64,000 bases of DNA from Pseudovirgaria hyperparasitica. Lineage: Eukaryota. The notes beneath the pieces are model-generated. The model saw only the letters and a program-made list of their open reading frames with translations, had not been told where the DNA came from and did not search any database. The stretch is from assembly GCA_010093815.1 (NCBI GenBank), contig ML996581.1; one strand, 5' to 3'. Below are positions 49,733 to 62,996 of the stretch, in pieces (positions within the stretch are counted from its first letter, which is position 1; each line of letters starts with the position of its first letter). The position numbers were made by a program, and so were the translations under genes.

Positions 49733-50582
49733 GGATGATACGTTTAATATGAAATGATGGTTGTGATATGTCAAGTGTGTTCTACGTCAATTACGACGCC
49801 GATATTCAAGAACTAGCGTACTGGGTATTTATAGCAAACCACGTTACGTCACTCGATGGTGCATAAACAAGTTGTTACTGTAACAGACAAGGCGTGAGAT
49901 TTTAGCGCATCTACGAGCTTGACGGGCGCGGTGCGTCACTAAATGCTGACTAGCACATGGCCCGGATCCGCGTCCTCAGCCCTGTTCCTGGTGTCAGTGC
50001 GGGGAATCGTCGGCGACCAAATTATTTCAAACCCCTTGCTCTTGCGCTTCCAACTTCAAGACTTCACAACAGCTTCAGTCGATCCGACTGCAGCAACGGT
50101 ATGACTGGTCGCGCGCGCGATCCCAATTGAGCCTGACCAACACCCACCCGGTTTACACAGCACCTCTTCTTGCCCAGCGTCATGGCATCTACGCCATCAT
50201 AATACTTTACCAAGTCGTGGATTTAAAGGGTCACCAGTGACTCACGCGAAGTGTTGTACGATCGGAGCTGGTTCCGTTATAAGTCGCTGTTCTGTCAGTG
50301 CAATCTACATCTGGGATCCACAGAGCTTGAAGCTCAAACTCTTCAACTACAAGGACTGTTCATCGTTTGCCCGACCACGTGTTGTTGTATTGATTGACCT
50401 GGCGGACACATCCATTCCGTTGAGCCCACACGCGGGTCAAACTAAAACCTTTACCTGCGTCTCACGACTCACCACGATCGGTCGCCGGATACTACCTTGA
50501 TTTGGTAGAAGTCTTCGCAAAGTTCTTCGCATAGATCGTTCGAAAACACTCCTTTAGAAACGCGAAAGAGTTATACGCAATA

Positions 50583-53500
50583 ATGTCGAATACAAGAGCT
50601 TCGTTGATGGTGCCGCGCCCGAATGCGGGAACGAAGCTGAGGCAGATAGAGCAGGCCAAAGAAATGCAACGAATTGTGGAGGAGCGTGCAGCTAGAACAT
50701 CGGTAGATCCCCCTCCGTACGACTTCTTACAGTTCATTGGCCGGGGTAGTTTCGGACGAGTGTATAAATGGTACGTCAAACCTGGCACAGTAGGCATAGC
50801 AGTAGCAAAAAGGCTGATCTTGCAGCAAACATCGTAACACGCAGGAAGTGGTGGCTGTCAAAATTACGGAAGTGGACGATGCCGATTACCAGGCCTATTT
50901 CGAAGATAAAGACAGGAGCTTGCCGGACTTGATTCGGGAGATCAAGGTCCTTCAGCAATTGAAAGAAACGAGAGCGTCACCCTACGTCAACGTTATCTAC
51001 GATGCATTTCCAATGTACTCTGAACTCTGGATGGTAACGGAGTACTGCCCAGGCGGTAGTGTCACGACATTGATGAAGCCCAACCCTGCAGGACAAGGGC
51101 TTGAAGAAAAGTATATCGTTGCGATCGCCCGGGAACTTGCAACTGCTTTGAAATACGTGCACGAAGCCAACGTTATACACAGAGACATCAAATGTGAGGA
51201 ATTTCACCCTTAATCCAACCATACTTGAACTAGATGCGCAGAACGTAGACTAAAAATCCATCGCAGGCGGGAATGTACTTATTACAGAAGATGGCAATCT
51301 TCAGCTTGGTGATTTCGGTGTGTCTGGAGTGCTCGAGACAGAAGTGGCAAAGCGGTCGACCATTGTTGGCACGCTACACTGGATGCCTCCAGAACTTCTT
51401 GGAGCAAACTTGAGTTCCAACTATAAATATCCGGTTGCCCCTCTTTATAGACATGAAGTCGATATTTGGGCATTTGGCTGTACAGTCTACGAAATGGCAA
51501 TGGGCCATGGTCCCATGAGCACCGCGAGGACCTTGCCAGAACTTGCCGCCACAGCGCAAGAGAGGCCGCCAAGGCTCGAGGGAGACAGATTCTCGGAAGG
51601 CCTCAAAAGCCTCGTAGCGTTTTGCATTGAAGCTAACCCCGAGGATCGCCCTACTGCCGATGCCATCCTTCAACATGACTATCTAAGAGATACATCCAGG
51701 AGTCACCCGACAAGTTCACTCAGGGAGCTGATTGAGCGCTATGTCATATGGGAGGCTTCTGGTGGTTCTAGGGCCTCTCTATTCAATCCGCAGATGGGCG
51801 CAGCCCACCCCGAGCTCCCACTACCACAGGATGACGATGATGAGGACTGGAGTTTCAGTATGTCTGATGAGTTGGATGACGAATATGCTATAAATCTTGA
51901 CGATGAGCCGACCACCAAAGCGGCTACGAAAGGCGTACTGAACACTGCTTTCAGTATGCCGAAGTCAAAGAAAGAACGAGAAAGCATGGTCAGAAGAGGA
52001 GGAGAAGGACTACAGAGGCTTTTTGATCCTGACTCAACGCCTTATATCTATGGTACGAGCGATCTAGCTCTCCGCCAATATGATACTGAAGGTGGTAACA
52101 ATCGTGAAACCATTATCGATCTAGACGATGTTGAACCGGCGTTCAATATGCCCACTCTTGATCTTGGAGATGTGCCCACACTACGGGCCAATCGACTGAA
52201 TAAAGAAGCCCTCGATCGCGTTATAGCCGAGTTGAAAGAGGAAGACGACATGGAGGCACGAAGTTTTGCAAGGAAGAGCATGCAGCAGGACAATGATTAT
52301 ACGAAACGCGCAACACGGGATTGGAAGTTTCCGTCCATGCTACCACCTGAGACATCGATTGCTCCTCCAGAAACAGACAATCGCCGTACCCAGGACTGGA
52401 CTTTTGCTAGTGCTATGCCAGCTGATAATCGTCGCACGCAAGACTGGACGTTCGCCAGTGCAATGGCCGAGGCAGATCCAGGACATGGGCAAGCACGAAA
52501 TAGGATGACCAGAGAGATTCAAACGCATCTATTGACTGCACCCGCGGCCGATATAGCCAACAACCGACGGACCAGGGATTTTGTGTTCCCATCTCAGGAC
52601 CCACCGGAAAATACTGAAACTGATGTAGTTGACTTTGTTGGGCCGCCCCAACCTCGTTATGAACACTCGGCTCGTGTAGAATTCCAGCGTCCGACACTTC
52701 GCCATGCCGCAACTCAGCCAACAAGCACTCCTGACGGAACCTTTGGTCAACAAATGTCGGTGTCAGACTCGCCTCCCCGTATGTCCATGATTGATCTTGA
52801 CTTTGCTCTCCCTACGGAATGGCAGCCTCGACCAGCGACGTCTGGCTCTGGGGGGGACGGGGCCCCCTTGGGTGTCGAATATGGACACAAAGACCCATTC
52901 GATTTGGAAGATCAGGTCCAGCTATCAGAATCGAACAATCGCCTGTCATTTCATACAAAATCCCAATCGGAACCTACTAAAGCGCTCCCTGGACTATTAA
53001 CGCCTAGCGATCAGCAGGCGGATGCAAAGCGAGGGTCAAAATACGGGGTCCATTCGCGAGGGACAAGCCAAGCCAACTTGCCTGTGGGACAACCCGCGAG
53101 GTTGATGAATCAACCTTCAAATCAACGGCGCTTTCGCCGCCGCCAATTTCGCCGTGAAGCGTCCTCTGTTAGTAGCAGGAGCTACACGTCTGCCTCCGAA
53201 ACGGAGCCTGAGGACGATTACGAGCGCGGTAGGCCTTCCTCTGTTCAGCCTGGCTTTCTTCAAAATTCTTTTTGGTCTAATTTCAACCCTGCTAATCGAA
53301 CGCCATCAGATTGGAATAAGAGCGTGCTTTCACGGTCGAATTCGATAGCCAGTAGAGGGGACATGAGCGGCATTGAGTCTGATGCAATGGATGACGACAG
53401 GTTTCATCCATTCAGGCAAGACCCAAATCCGTTTGGAGAAGACTGCATGTCACTCAATCCCGCCCTCTACACTACACCCCCGAACAACAATGCCCGAACG

Positions 53501-53782
53501 TCCGCAAACGCTTTTATCAACAACGTTCGGCCGACAGTCCCCTTCCCTCTCCCTACTGGCCCGCATCCAGAATCATTGAAGCATGATTCTGACCCGGACC
53601 TTGTCGAGCACGAGTTTCAACGTGTTTGCAAGGAGTTTCTGTATGGGCTCAAAGTCTGCAAAGACATTGTTGAGCATCGTCAAAGTGGGGTGTCCACTAG
53701 GGGTGGAACAGTGAGAATGAGCACGAGCGTACACGACGAGTACGCGGGCTTGAGTACCGATAGTGAAGGTATAGCCCTGTAA
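50583..53782 (+). CDS. KIC1: Ste20/GCK-family Ser/Thr kinase, Kic1/Nak1/POD6-like; introns 50771-50826, 51194-51266
   Basis: PPPYDFLQFIGRGSFGRVYK, VVAVK, HRDIKCGN, DFG, KRSTIVGTLHWMPPE and DIWAFG. The kinase domain is N-terminal with a long C-terminal tail. Confidence 0.8.
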
Positions 53783-54414
53783 GCTAGGTTTTTCAAAACA
53801 TGCATCGAGGAGGCGTTGTTGTCAACTTGCGGGATATGCTTTGATGGTGTGGACATGCATATGGAGGGCGCTGGAGTTCTGTATTTGGATCTGGACATTC
53901 GTATGGTTTTGGGGGAAGGGGGGCAAGGAAAATTTGCACTCTCACTCAAGGTACAGCAACTAAGGCCCTTGATATACTACTGATAGATCTAATGTATGTA
54001 AAGATATGCAAGAGCAACGTGGACGTGCAGCTTTGACGTCTTGCTGGGATTTCTATGACTTTTTTATAGCCATCATTTCCGCTCGTGTTGTTCGTTACTT
54101 TCGGGTTGTGACTGTCCTAGGTCAAGGCTCTTACCATGCATGTTTCGTCGATTTCCGACCAGCTAGGTGGGGCGCAGGACAGCTAGTGTTGCTTTTGTTA
54201 TGTCGGAGTGATTCGTATCGAGTTGCAGAACTTAACGACCGATAACCAGTAGTAAGGTAGGTAGTTTACCCTGCCCGGGAGGCCTTTCGTCCAGCATGCA
54301 TCGATTTGAATGTTCCCAAAACTGAAATATTCTACTGCGAAAGACAGCGCACCCACCCACAAGCCTTGTAGTCTTGTTACGTGATGAGCAACGGCATACT
54401 ATATTATATATACA

Positions 54415-55085
54415 GTAATCAAAACGACATTAGCCCGGCCTGTAAAGCTAGCTGTTTGGCGTTCTGCGATGTAGTAGAATTTAGATCTACAGTGAAACGA
54501 GAGCCGTTTCACATATATTTATTATTATATATACGAAATCTCAAGTTATGTGATAGAATTCAGGTTTGATGAAACACGATACCGGTCGGTCCTTACGGAG
54601 GAGATGGGTAACAAAATCGGGTTTTCTCAAATTAGATCGACTGGGTTATGTAAATATAATATACACTATATCCATGTCGTTATATGACAAAATTGTGTGA
54701 CAAATGACACCGGTCCGGTCTGTTCGACTTCTTTCTACTAAGTTATGACGTAGTTGTGTGACAAAAATAGAAATTAATGTTCAACGAGACCGCTTCATCT
54801 AGTAATCTATATGCCTATTTGATCGATGGGATTGATCGACGTACTAGAACTATATATAATTAATGTAAAACGATACTGGTCTAAAAGGCTTTGTTAAATT
54901 GATGTGACAAAACCATATTATTGTAAAACAACACCGTTCCACATGTGATAAAGTTAGAAAATTAAAACTTAATGCAAAACGACACCGGTCCACATGTGAC
55001 CAATATCAGGAATTAAAAATTAATACAGAATGACACTGGTCCGTCCACATGTAACCAATATCAGGAATTGAAAATTAATGCAAAA
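54415..55085 (-). repeat. Degenerate tandem array of tRNA-3'-end/terminator/trailer units (~51-58 bp near the tRNA, longer and more diverged distally)
   Basis: The plus-strand core TTAATGCAAAACGACACCGGT recurs at 55075, 55020, 54969 (exact), 54918, 54860, 54774, ~54694 and ~54566, and weakly at ~54490 and ~54416. Confidence 0.88.
55070..55085 (-). terminator. Pol III oligo-T terminator of tRNA-Arg
   Basis: TTTTGCATTAATTTTC immediately follows the tRNA 3' end on the minus strand. Confidence 0.7.
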
Positions 55086-55157
55086 CGACACCGGTGGGAC
55101 TCGAACCCACAGCCTCAGCCTTAGGAGGGCTGCGCGCTGCCATTGCGCCACGGTGCC
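55086..55157 (-). tRNA. tRNA-Arg(CCT), 72 nt, intronless
   Basis: GGCACCG TGGCGCAATGGCAGCGCG CAGCC CTCCTAA GGCTG AGGCT GTGGG TTCGAGT CCCAC CGGTGTC G folds as a cloverleaf with anticodon CCT and A/B boxes. Confidence 0.95.
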
Positions 55158-55360
55158 GCCAAGCCATAACAGTCGTGTGATAGGGAAAATATGACTGTCA
55201 GATTGGGGGGAGGAAAATGCAATGCGTCACGTGCCGACGTGACCGGGGCTTCATCGTACGAAGAGGACAGCTTGCATGATGGCCATGACGCCGTATATGA
55301 CTCGCCTCGCTGGGTGCAGCCTAAACCTCAAATGCAATCTACCTCGCGAACCTACATTTC

Positions 55361-56917
55361 ATGATGGTGAACACAGCTATCGTCACGGCGCTCGCTGCTG
55401 GAGCCCTTCTGAGCACTCCTGTTTCCGGAGCTATCTACCTTAAGAGCTCCCCAGTACTCCAACTAGAAAATGCGAAAGCCTATGACAGACTGATTGCGCA
55501 GTCCAATTACACTTCTGTAAGATGTATTATCGCTGTCCGAAGCTTTATGCTAACTTTTGTGTCCAGATTGTCGAGTAAGTGCCGTGCATGTCTACCTCGA
55601 TTCTACCGGTCCCTTACGATGAATGCTAGGTTCTACGCCCCCTGGTGTGGCCATTGCCAGAATCTGAAGCCAGCATATGAAAAGGCTGCGAAGAACCTTG
55701 CTGGCCTGGCCAAAGTGGCGGCCATGAACTGTGATGAGGAGGCGAACAAGCCGTTCTGCGGCCAGATGGGCGTTCAAGGCTTCCCCACCTTGAAGATTGT
55801 CCGACCAGGCAAGAAAGCAGGAAGACCAACTGTGGAAGACTACCAGGGCCCGAGGTCTGCCAAGGGTATTGTAGATGCTGTCGTGGACAAGATCCCAAAC
55901 CATGTCCAGCGCATAACAGACAAGAATCTGGACGGGTTCTTGGAGGGAGATCACCCGAAGGCTATTCTGTTTAGTGATAAGGGACCGATTAGTGCGCTAC
56001 TGAGGTCACTGGCGATCGACTATCTAGGGACTGTGTCGTTTGCACAGATCCGCAATTCGCAGGAAAAGGCTGTCAAGCAGTTTAATGTGGAGAATTTTCC
56101 AACCCTGGTACTACTTCCTGGCGATGGCAAAGAGCCCGCCGTATACGATGGGGCCATGAAGAAGGAGGGGATGGCAAAGTTCCTCGCACAGGTCGCAGAG
56201 CCCAATCCAGATCCGGCGCCCAAACCATCAAAGAAAGACAAAAAGCCACAGGATAAGAAGGAGAAGCCGAAGGAATCAGCATCGTCCATTACCCTCGAGG
56301 ATGAAGCTATCCCGACAGAGGCTACAGATCCAGAGACATTGGAAGACGTCAACAAGCAGAAGCCAGTCAAGGTTGACAGCGGGCCACCTATGCTTGAGAT
56401 GCTCGAACATGCGCCGGCACTGGAAGAAAAATGCATGCTTCACAACTCAGGATCTTGTCTGCTCGCTCTGTTGCCACAAAAACCTCTGGACAATCCGGAT
56501 GCTGTACTCGACGAACAATCTCGCACGGCCCTAGCTTCGCTTGGAGAAGTCCAACATAAGCACACTGGCCGCATCTTCCCGTTCTACGCCGTCCCAGCCA
56601 TCAACACAGCTGGAATCCGACTTCGAGGCGGGGTTGGCTTAGACAAAGATGAGAAGCGCATTGAGATTGTTGTCATCAACGCTAAGCGTAACTGGTACCG
56701 TCATTTCCCGGGCGATGATTTTGGAACTATTGCAATTGAAGAGTGGATTGATCAGATCAGGATGGGTGAAGGTAAGAAAGAACGACTACCCACTGGGCTT
56801 ATTCCCGACGCACCGGAAGAAATGACTTCTCCGGAGGAACCCGTGGTTGAAGAGACTATCGTCGAGGAGGAAACTGTCATTGATGTTGGGAATGAGGGAA
56901 CCCATGATGAGCTGTAA
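55361..56917 (+). CDS. MPD1: Protein disulfide isomerase-related protein Mpd1/PrpA; introns 55517-55566 and 55575-55629 flanking an 8-nt exon
   Basis: Signal peptide, [37 protein letters not shown], a single active Trx domain and C-terminal HDEL. Confidence 0.88.
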   Translation: MMVNTAIVTALAAGALLSTPVSGAIYLKSSPVLQLENAKAYDRLIAQSNYTSVRCIIAVRSFMLTFVSRLSSKCRACLPRFYRSLTMNARFYAPWCGHCQNLKPAYEKAAKNLAGLAKVAAMNCDEEANKPFCGQMGVQGFPTLKIVRPGKKAGRPTVEDYQGPRSAKGIVDAVVDKIPNHVQRITDKNLDGFLEGDHPKAILFSDKGPISALLRSLAIDYLGTVSFAQIRNSQEKAVKQFNVENFPTLVLLPGDGKEPAVYDGAMKKEGMAKFLAQVAEPNPDPAPKPSKKDKKPQDKKEKPKESASSITLEDEAIPTEATDPETLEDVNKQKPVKVDSGPPMLEMLEHAPALEEKCMLHNSGSCLLALLPQKPLDNPDAVLDEQSRTALASLGEVQHKHTGRIFPFYAVPAINTAGIRLRGGVGLDKDEKRIEIVVINAKRNWYRHFPGDDFGTIAIEEWIDQIRMGEGKKERLPTGLIPDAPEEMTSPEEPVVEETIVEEETVIDVGNEGTHDEL

Positions 56918-57777
56918 GGCATCTATAAAGTTTGTGTTGTCTGTTTCTACACACTGGAAGGTACCACGAAAAATAAATATAGCAAACATATGGTTGTACA
57001 AGAATGCCACTCTCTGTTGGTTGCCTACAGACTCCCGTCGCGATGTGAGCTAGAAGCCATTATCAGAAATCCCGACCTTCATCTGAGGTGAATGGTATCC
57101 GCCTGCAGCTCGCTGATCAAGACAGGACCGAGTTCACTTCTTCAATCATCCGTCCGTGCTTCGATCACCTGATGCTTCCTATAACTTGTCCGCCTGGTTG
57201 ACCTGAAGTTGTCTTCTCTCTCTCCTCCATCTCACCTTTATTATATTGCCCAACAACAGGTTGACATAGCAAGCACTGCAATCAACTTTAAAGCATGAGA
57301 ATGCAGAAGTTTGACATTGGCAAAGTTGTGTAGCCAGCTACAACGAGACATCTATGTTGCATTACACAGTCTCCCTTACGGCTCAATTATGATTGATGGA
57401 TAGAGCCGGTGATAAAGTCCAGGTCAAGTCCATAGTTCGTGAGGCAATAGGATGGGATGATCGGATTGTTCTTAAACCTTTCCCAGTATTCATTTGTGAT
57501 TCTCATTTACTCCACAGCTCGACCGCTAACGCTGAGCATCCATGCCTTTGGCAACTATCAAGGTACGGTTGCGGGGTATTAGCTCGCCCCCGCCCGCTTC
57601 CCCACAGATGCGCTATTATGCCTGCTTCCTGCAGCGCCAGGAACCCACCCAGGCCCCACGAATGAGGGGACGCTACTCTCAACTCCTCAATACTGCCTGG
57701 GGAACTTCCTACCAGTCTAACAGACCAGTCCATCATATACCGACCACTAAGACCTCTTCAAAAACGTAGAGTCTACA

Positions 57778-60700
57778 ATGGGAGGCGAGACTCGTCCCCT
57801 TGCGTCTGCCTCGAAGCCTTACCCGGTCTTTGCTTCGAGGCCTAAAGGCAAGCAGATTCACAACATCTATGCCGCGCGGTTGAGGCAATTCACAGATGGC
57901 GGACAGTACAAAGAACAAGGCTTGCTAGGGTATGTATCTCCTTCCGAATTAGCTTTCAAACAAGATGCTGTTGTAGCATGATGCGTGCACTTCCACGTTT
58001 CTTCAATAAGCATAATCAAGCATACGATTGCCATACTTCCACACGTTCAATACTGACCAATTGCGCAATAGAAAGCTGTACGAAGGTCGCGCGACCGGCC
58101 CAGAGCCCGTCAAACTGTCCGTCTACTCTCCTCCAGATCTATCCCGCCCTACTTTCAAAGAAGCCACCTCCCATAAGTTCAGTCCCACATCTACTGGTGA
58201 ATCATTCGGTCCGTCATGGTCGACACATTGGTTCAAGGTCCAAATCAAAGTACCGTCGAATCTGTTGGATAAAGAGCATCTTGAGTTCCACTGGGATGCC
58301 GGCAACGAGGGTCTTATATGGACCGAATCAGGTGATGTCGTCCATGGACTGACAGGTGGAGGTGAAAGAATTGAATGGATTCTACCCAAAGCTTTCAGAG
58401 ATGGCGGAGAACATACGTTCTATATTGAAATGGCGTGTAACAAGATGTTTGGAAATGCACCTGGGGGCGATAGCATTCAGCCTCCTAACCCAGACTTGTA
58501 TTACCCTCTAAACGTGGCAGACATAGTTGCGGTCAATCTAGATGCACGAGCTCTCCATATCGATTTTTGGATCATTGGAGGTTAGTAGGCAAGAACTGCT
58601 TGAGTCGTATGCTAAGAATGTCTAGACGCGGCAAGAGAGTTTCCGCAGGATGGTTGGGAAGCACATGAAGCTCAACAAGTCTGTAATGGTATCATGGACT
58701 GCTTCATCAACGGATCTGGAAGTAAAGACTCCATCAAAGAATGCCGAAAGATTGCCCAGAAGTATCTGGGCGACAAGATCGATTCCGCTGATGTTTACAA
58801 AGAAGATGGCCAGGAAGCTATTGTGAGTGGGATTGGAAATTGCCATATTGACACTTGTTGGTTATGGCCATGGGCAGAGACAAAGCGCAAGATTGCTCGG
58901 TCTTGGGCTAATCAATGCGACTTGATGGACCGATACCCGGAACTCACCTTCACAGCATCACAGGCTCAGCAATTCAAATGGCTAAAGATGTACTATCCAT
59001 CGGTTTTTGATCGAGTAAAAGAGAAGGTCAAGGAAGGAAGGTTCCATCCAATTGGTGGAAGCTGGGTCGAGCACGATACCAACATGCCGAGTGGAGAAGC
59101 TCTGGTCAGACAATTCTTATACGGTCAACGTTTCTTCGAGACCCACTTTGGAGAACGGTCCAAGACATTCTGGCTGCCAGACACCTTCGGCTATTCAACA
59201 CAGCTTCCTCAGATATGTCGTCTAGCTGGCATGAGCAGGTTCTTTACCCAAAAGCTAAGCTGGAACAACATCAATAGCTTCCCTCATACCACTTTCAACT
59301 GGGTGGCCCTTGATGGTAGTCAGGTCATTTGCCACATGTGTCCTGCTGAGACGTATACTGCTGAGGCCAATTTCGGCGACCTCAAGCGCAGTATAACACA
59401 ACACAAATCTTTGGACCAAGACAACACTTCGCTGTTGTGCTTTGGCAAAGGCGACGGAGGCGGAGGTCCGACGTGGGAGCACATCGAGAAGCTCAGAAGA
59501 TGTCGAGGTGTCAGCGACAATATAGGAGTGTTGCCGCGTGTCAAGATGGGAGCATCCGTGGACGACTTCTTTGGTCGCCTAGAGAAAAAGGCCGAGGAAG
59601 GCACGGAATTCGTAACATGGTACGGTGAGCTGTATTTCGAGCTACATCGTGGCACGTATACGACTCAAGCAAACAATAAGAGAAACAACCGAAAGGCTGA
59701 GGTGATGCTACATGACTTGGAATACCTTGCCACCCTGGCTACTATCAAGGATACATATGGCCACCAAGGCGCTTCGTACAAGTATCCTAAGGAGGATATC
59801 GATGACATGTGGGAAGCGGTCCTTCTGTGTCAGTTCCACGATTGCTTGCCAGGAAGTTGCATTGAGATGTGTTATGACGATTCTGACGAGGTTTGTTCTG
59901 TCCCCGCGCTGCTATGACGTATAACTAAAGAGGTGCACTAGCTATATGAGAAAGTATTCACAACTGGTGAGAAATGCCTGAAGGAAGCTCTAGGTGCTCT
60001 TGGATTTGAGGGAAAGCGCTCCCAGCGCTCAAAAATAGTCGCACTGAATACACTACCATGGAAGCGGACAGAGCTTACTTCCATACCTGGGCCACAGGCG
60101 TACAGTATAGCATCAGGAGAGAGCGGTATTATGGAGATACGCCCACTTGAATCAAAATATCCAGCCAAGAGCGCAAGCATCAAGGAGATCGCTGTTGGCG
60201 TGTTTGAGTTGAAGAACAGCAGGTTCGCGATGAAAGTCGACAACGGTGTTATCACATCTCTTTACGACGTCGAAGCAGACCGTGAAGTTATTCCGAAGGG
60301 TGGGAAGGGTAACCAGCTGGTCCTTTTCGACGACAAGCCACTTTACTGGCAAGCATGGGATGTTGAAGTCTACCACCTGGAATCGAGGAAGGAGCTCGAG
60401 CCTTCAAAAACTAGCATTGTCGAGAATGGTCCTCACCGTGTCAGCGTGGTCACTGAGACTAAGATCAGCGATAAGAGTTGGATCAAAACTACAATTAGCC
60501 TTGCGGCCGCATTAGACGGGGAGGATTCGCTGATTCAACTGGAGAGCGAAGTCGAGTGGCATGAGACCATGAAGTTCTTGAAGGTTGAGTTCCCGGTGGA
60601 CATTGTCAACACTGAAGCAACCTACGAGACCCAATTTGGTCTCGTAAAGAGACCGACTCATTACAACACTTCATGGGATATGGCGAAGTTTGAAGTCTGC

Positions 60701-61338
60701 TGCCATAAATTCGCTGATTTGTCCGAGGCTGGCTATGGTGTCTCCATTCTGAATGACTCCAAATACGGCTTTGCAACTTGTGGGAACGTTATGCGCTTGA
60801 GCTTGCTGCGCGCTCCGAAGGCCCCTGATGCACATGCTGATATGGGTAAGTCTGCTTGACAGAATCTAGTGAGATCTAATGCTAATCTTGTTCAGGCCGT
60901 CACCACATTAAATACGCCGTACTTCCACACGCCGGTCCCTTGTCCTACAAAACCGTTCGCGCGGCCGCGGCGTTCAATAATCCATTGAAAGTGATCTCAC
61001 ATCCAAACCCTCATGTATTTGCGCCCCTATTCAATGCTTTCAAGGTGACCGGAGCGAACAACCTCGTTCTTGATACTATCAAGCGCGGAGAGGATGATGA
61101 TGATGTCAGTAGGGGGGAGCTACCTAAGCGCTCGGGTCGGAGTATCATTCTCCGCGTGTATGACGCGATGGGTGGTCGTAGCAAGGGTAGGCTTGAGTGG
61201 GGCACGGTACCAGTCAAAAAGATATACAGGACAAATGTGCTGGAGGACGATGGTGAGGAGCTGAATATCGAGAAGGAAGGGCACGCCAAGATTGAGCTGA
61301 GAGCCTTTGAAGTCGCAACGTATAGATTGCAACTTTGA
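57778..61338 (+). CDS. AMS1: Vacuolar/cytosolic alpha-mannosidase, GH38; introns 57930-58071, 58581-58625, 59891-59941, 60846-60895
   Basis: [63 protein letters not shown] and [16 protein letters not shown]. Confidence 0.96.
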
Positions 61339-61689
61339 TGGCGGGATTAATGAGTGCGCTGCGGCCTGGGCGTTGCTACGTAGTACGGGATCTACTGTTA
61401 TGGTTTAACTATGTTCAAGCTTGCTACCGCGTCTTGAATACGATGACCAACAGGGACGACGTCGCATGTCACTCTGACAGCAAAGGAGACGAGGCGTTTT
61501 TGTGTTACCGTGCGTTCATCTCGGAACAGTGGAAGTACGTGTCCATTTGATTAATCAAGGCTATGACATCTACAAGCCTGGTGAAACCAAGAGCGAAACT
61601 CATCAAAAATGCGACAAAACTAATCCATCGTAAAACATTCATCCCTTACGCCGAGGAATACTATCCCTTGCTTATGAAACGATGGCCTG

Positions 61690-61895
61690 TCGGCCGGTTT
61701 TTTTTACCGCTCATTTAAGCAACTTTAGCGGGTAGAGATAAGACGTACTACTATCTCATCGAGTATATAGTAAAGATATCCAGTAAACTTACTATAATAG
61801 GAAGAGGGTTTATAGACTTTCTTACTATAGGACTTAGATTCGAAGTTAAGATAAATGTTAGTTATGTTAGTATTGCAAGCGGAAGATGCGGCCGA
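61690..61895. mobile_element. Possible short RIP-degraded transposon relic
   Basis: A ~200-bp TpA-rich patch bounded by a partial inverted repeat TCGGCCG..CCGCT / AGCGG..CGGCCGA. Confidence 0.3.
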
Positions 61896-62996
61896 GAAAA
61901 CGGCATATGGTTATCCAGTTTTATAAAGGTGACGTCATCTGACTCGCGTAGTACCCGGGGTACCGCTGTTAGATTGCAATATAAGAAATACGCAATTCAG
62001 GACCTGAAGTACGCCAGACCTATAGTGTTTAAAGCAATCTCGGTGACAGTAAGTGAAATCATATTCATTAGTCGAGGTTTATCACTTTAGCCTTATTCAC
62101 TAGTGGGATTGTCTTGTGTAAAACAGAATGTCGTTCAGAATACGATTCGTAGTTGCCAGGGTTGATTGTAGGAGATCACCGGAGCTCATTGGTAGGACAG
62201 CTTGGTCTCGCCCGTCTCTTGGGTTTGACAAGGCCAAGAAGCATAACAAACACGGACTGATCACGCGACGGTGGTTATAGGAGCTCTGGACCCCATACCA
62301 AGGCTCGCGGCGCCACCTGTCCTCGGATTGCTAGATTGTGCATCTAATCAATCACCAAAGACTTGCTCGGATTTCACCACGTGAGGATACACATTCTTAG
62401 CCAAAAAAGGAATGTATCAGAAAACATGCGTAGCGTCGTATATGTCAGCCTTGCAAAACACGTGGAAAGCAGGTGTTGGATGAAACATGATCCCCGCAAT
62501 CAAAGTCCCCAATCGGCGGGAAACATTCCGACAGACCGAAACGCATGGATTCGCCTGTAATTTCCGTAGTTGCTCCACCAAACGGTCATCGCGGTAGTAC
62601 AGCAGAGCGTAATGTTGGCGGATTTATAGTGTCGAGGGTAGCTTTTGTCGAAAGTGAATTACGCAGACCGCTTGTTAGGCGAGATCAGCTTACATCACCT
62701 GATGCACTGACCTAGGCAAATCTGTTACCAGCGACCAGTAGCTGTTGCCGCCGTGTTGGTGGCCTGCAATTTAGTGCTCATGTCAGTGCTGCACAGCAAA
62801 TAGGGCAAAGGACCTGTGACGATGCACCAAAGTTGTCCAGGGATGGGGCGAGGTGAAGTATCGTGAGTCGCCCAGCTACACAAACCCTGTTCGCTGTTCT
62901 GCATAAGAAATGTATATAGTTGGGATGCTGGAAGTAGAAAATATCCGCTAGTTGGTTGACAGAACCTTCCGCAAATCATCACCGACGTCACTCAAG

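Noticed and set aside
54415..55095. CRISPR-like repeat/spacer interpretation of the array
   Set aside because: The context is eukaryotic with no cas genes, the spacers are homologous to each other and the repeat core is the tRNA 3' end.
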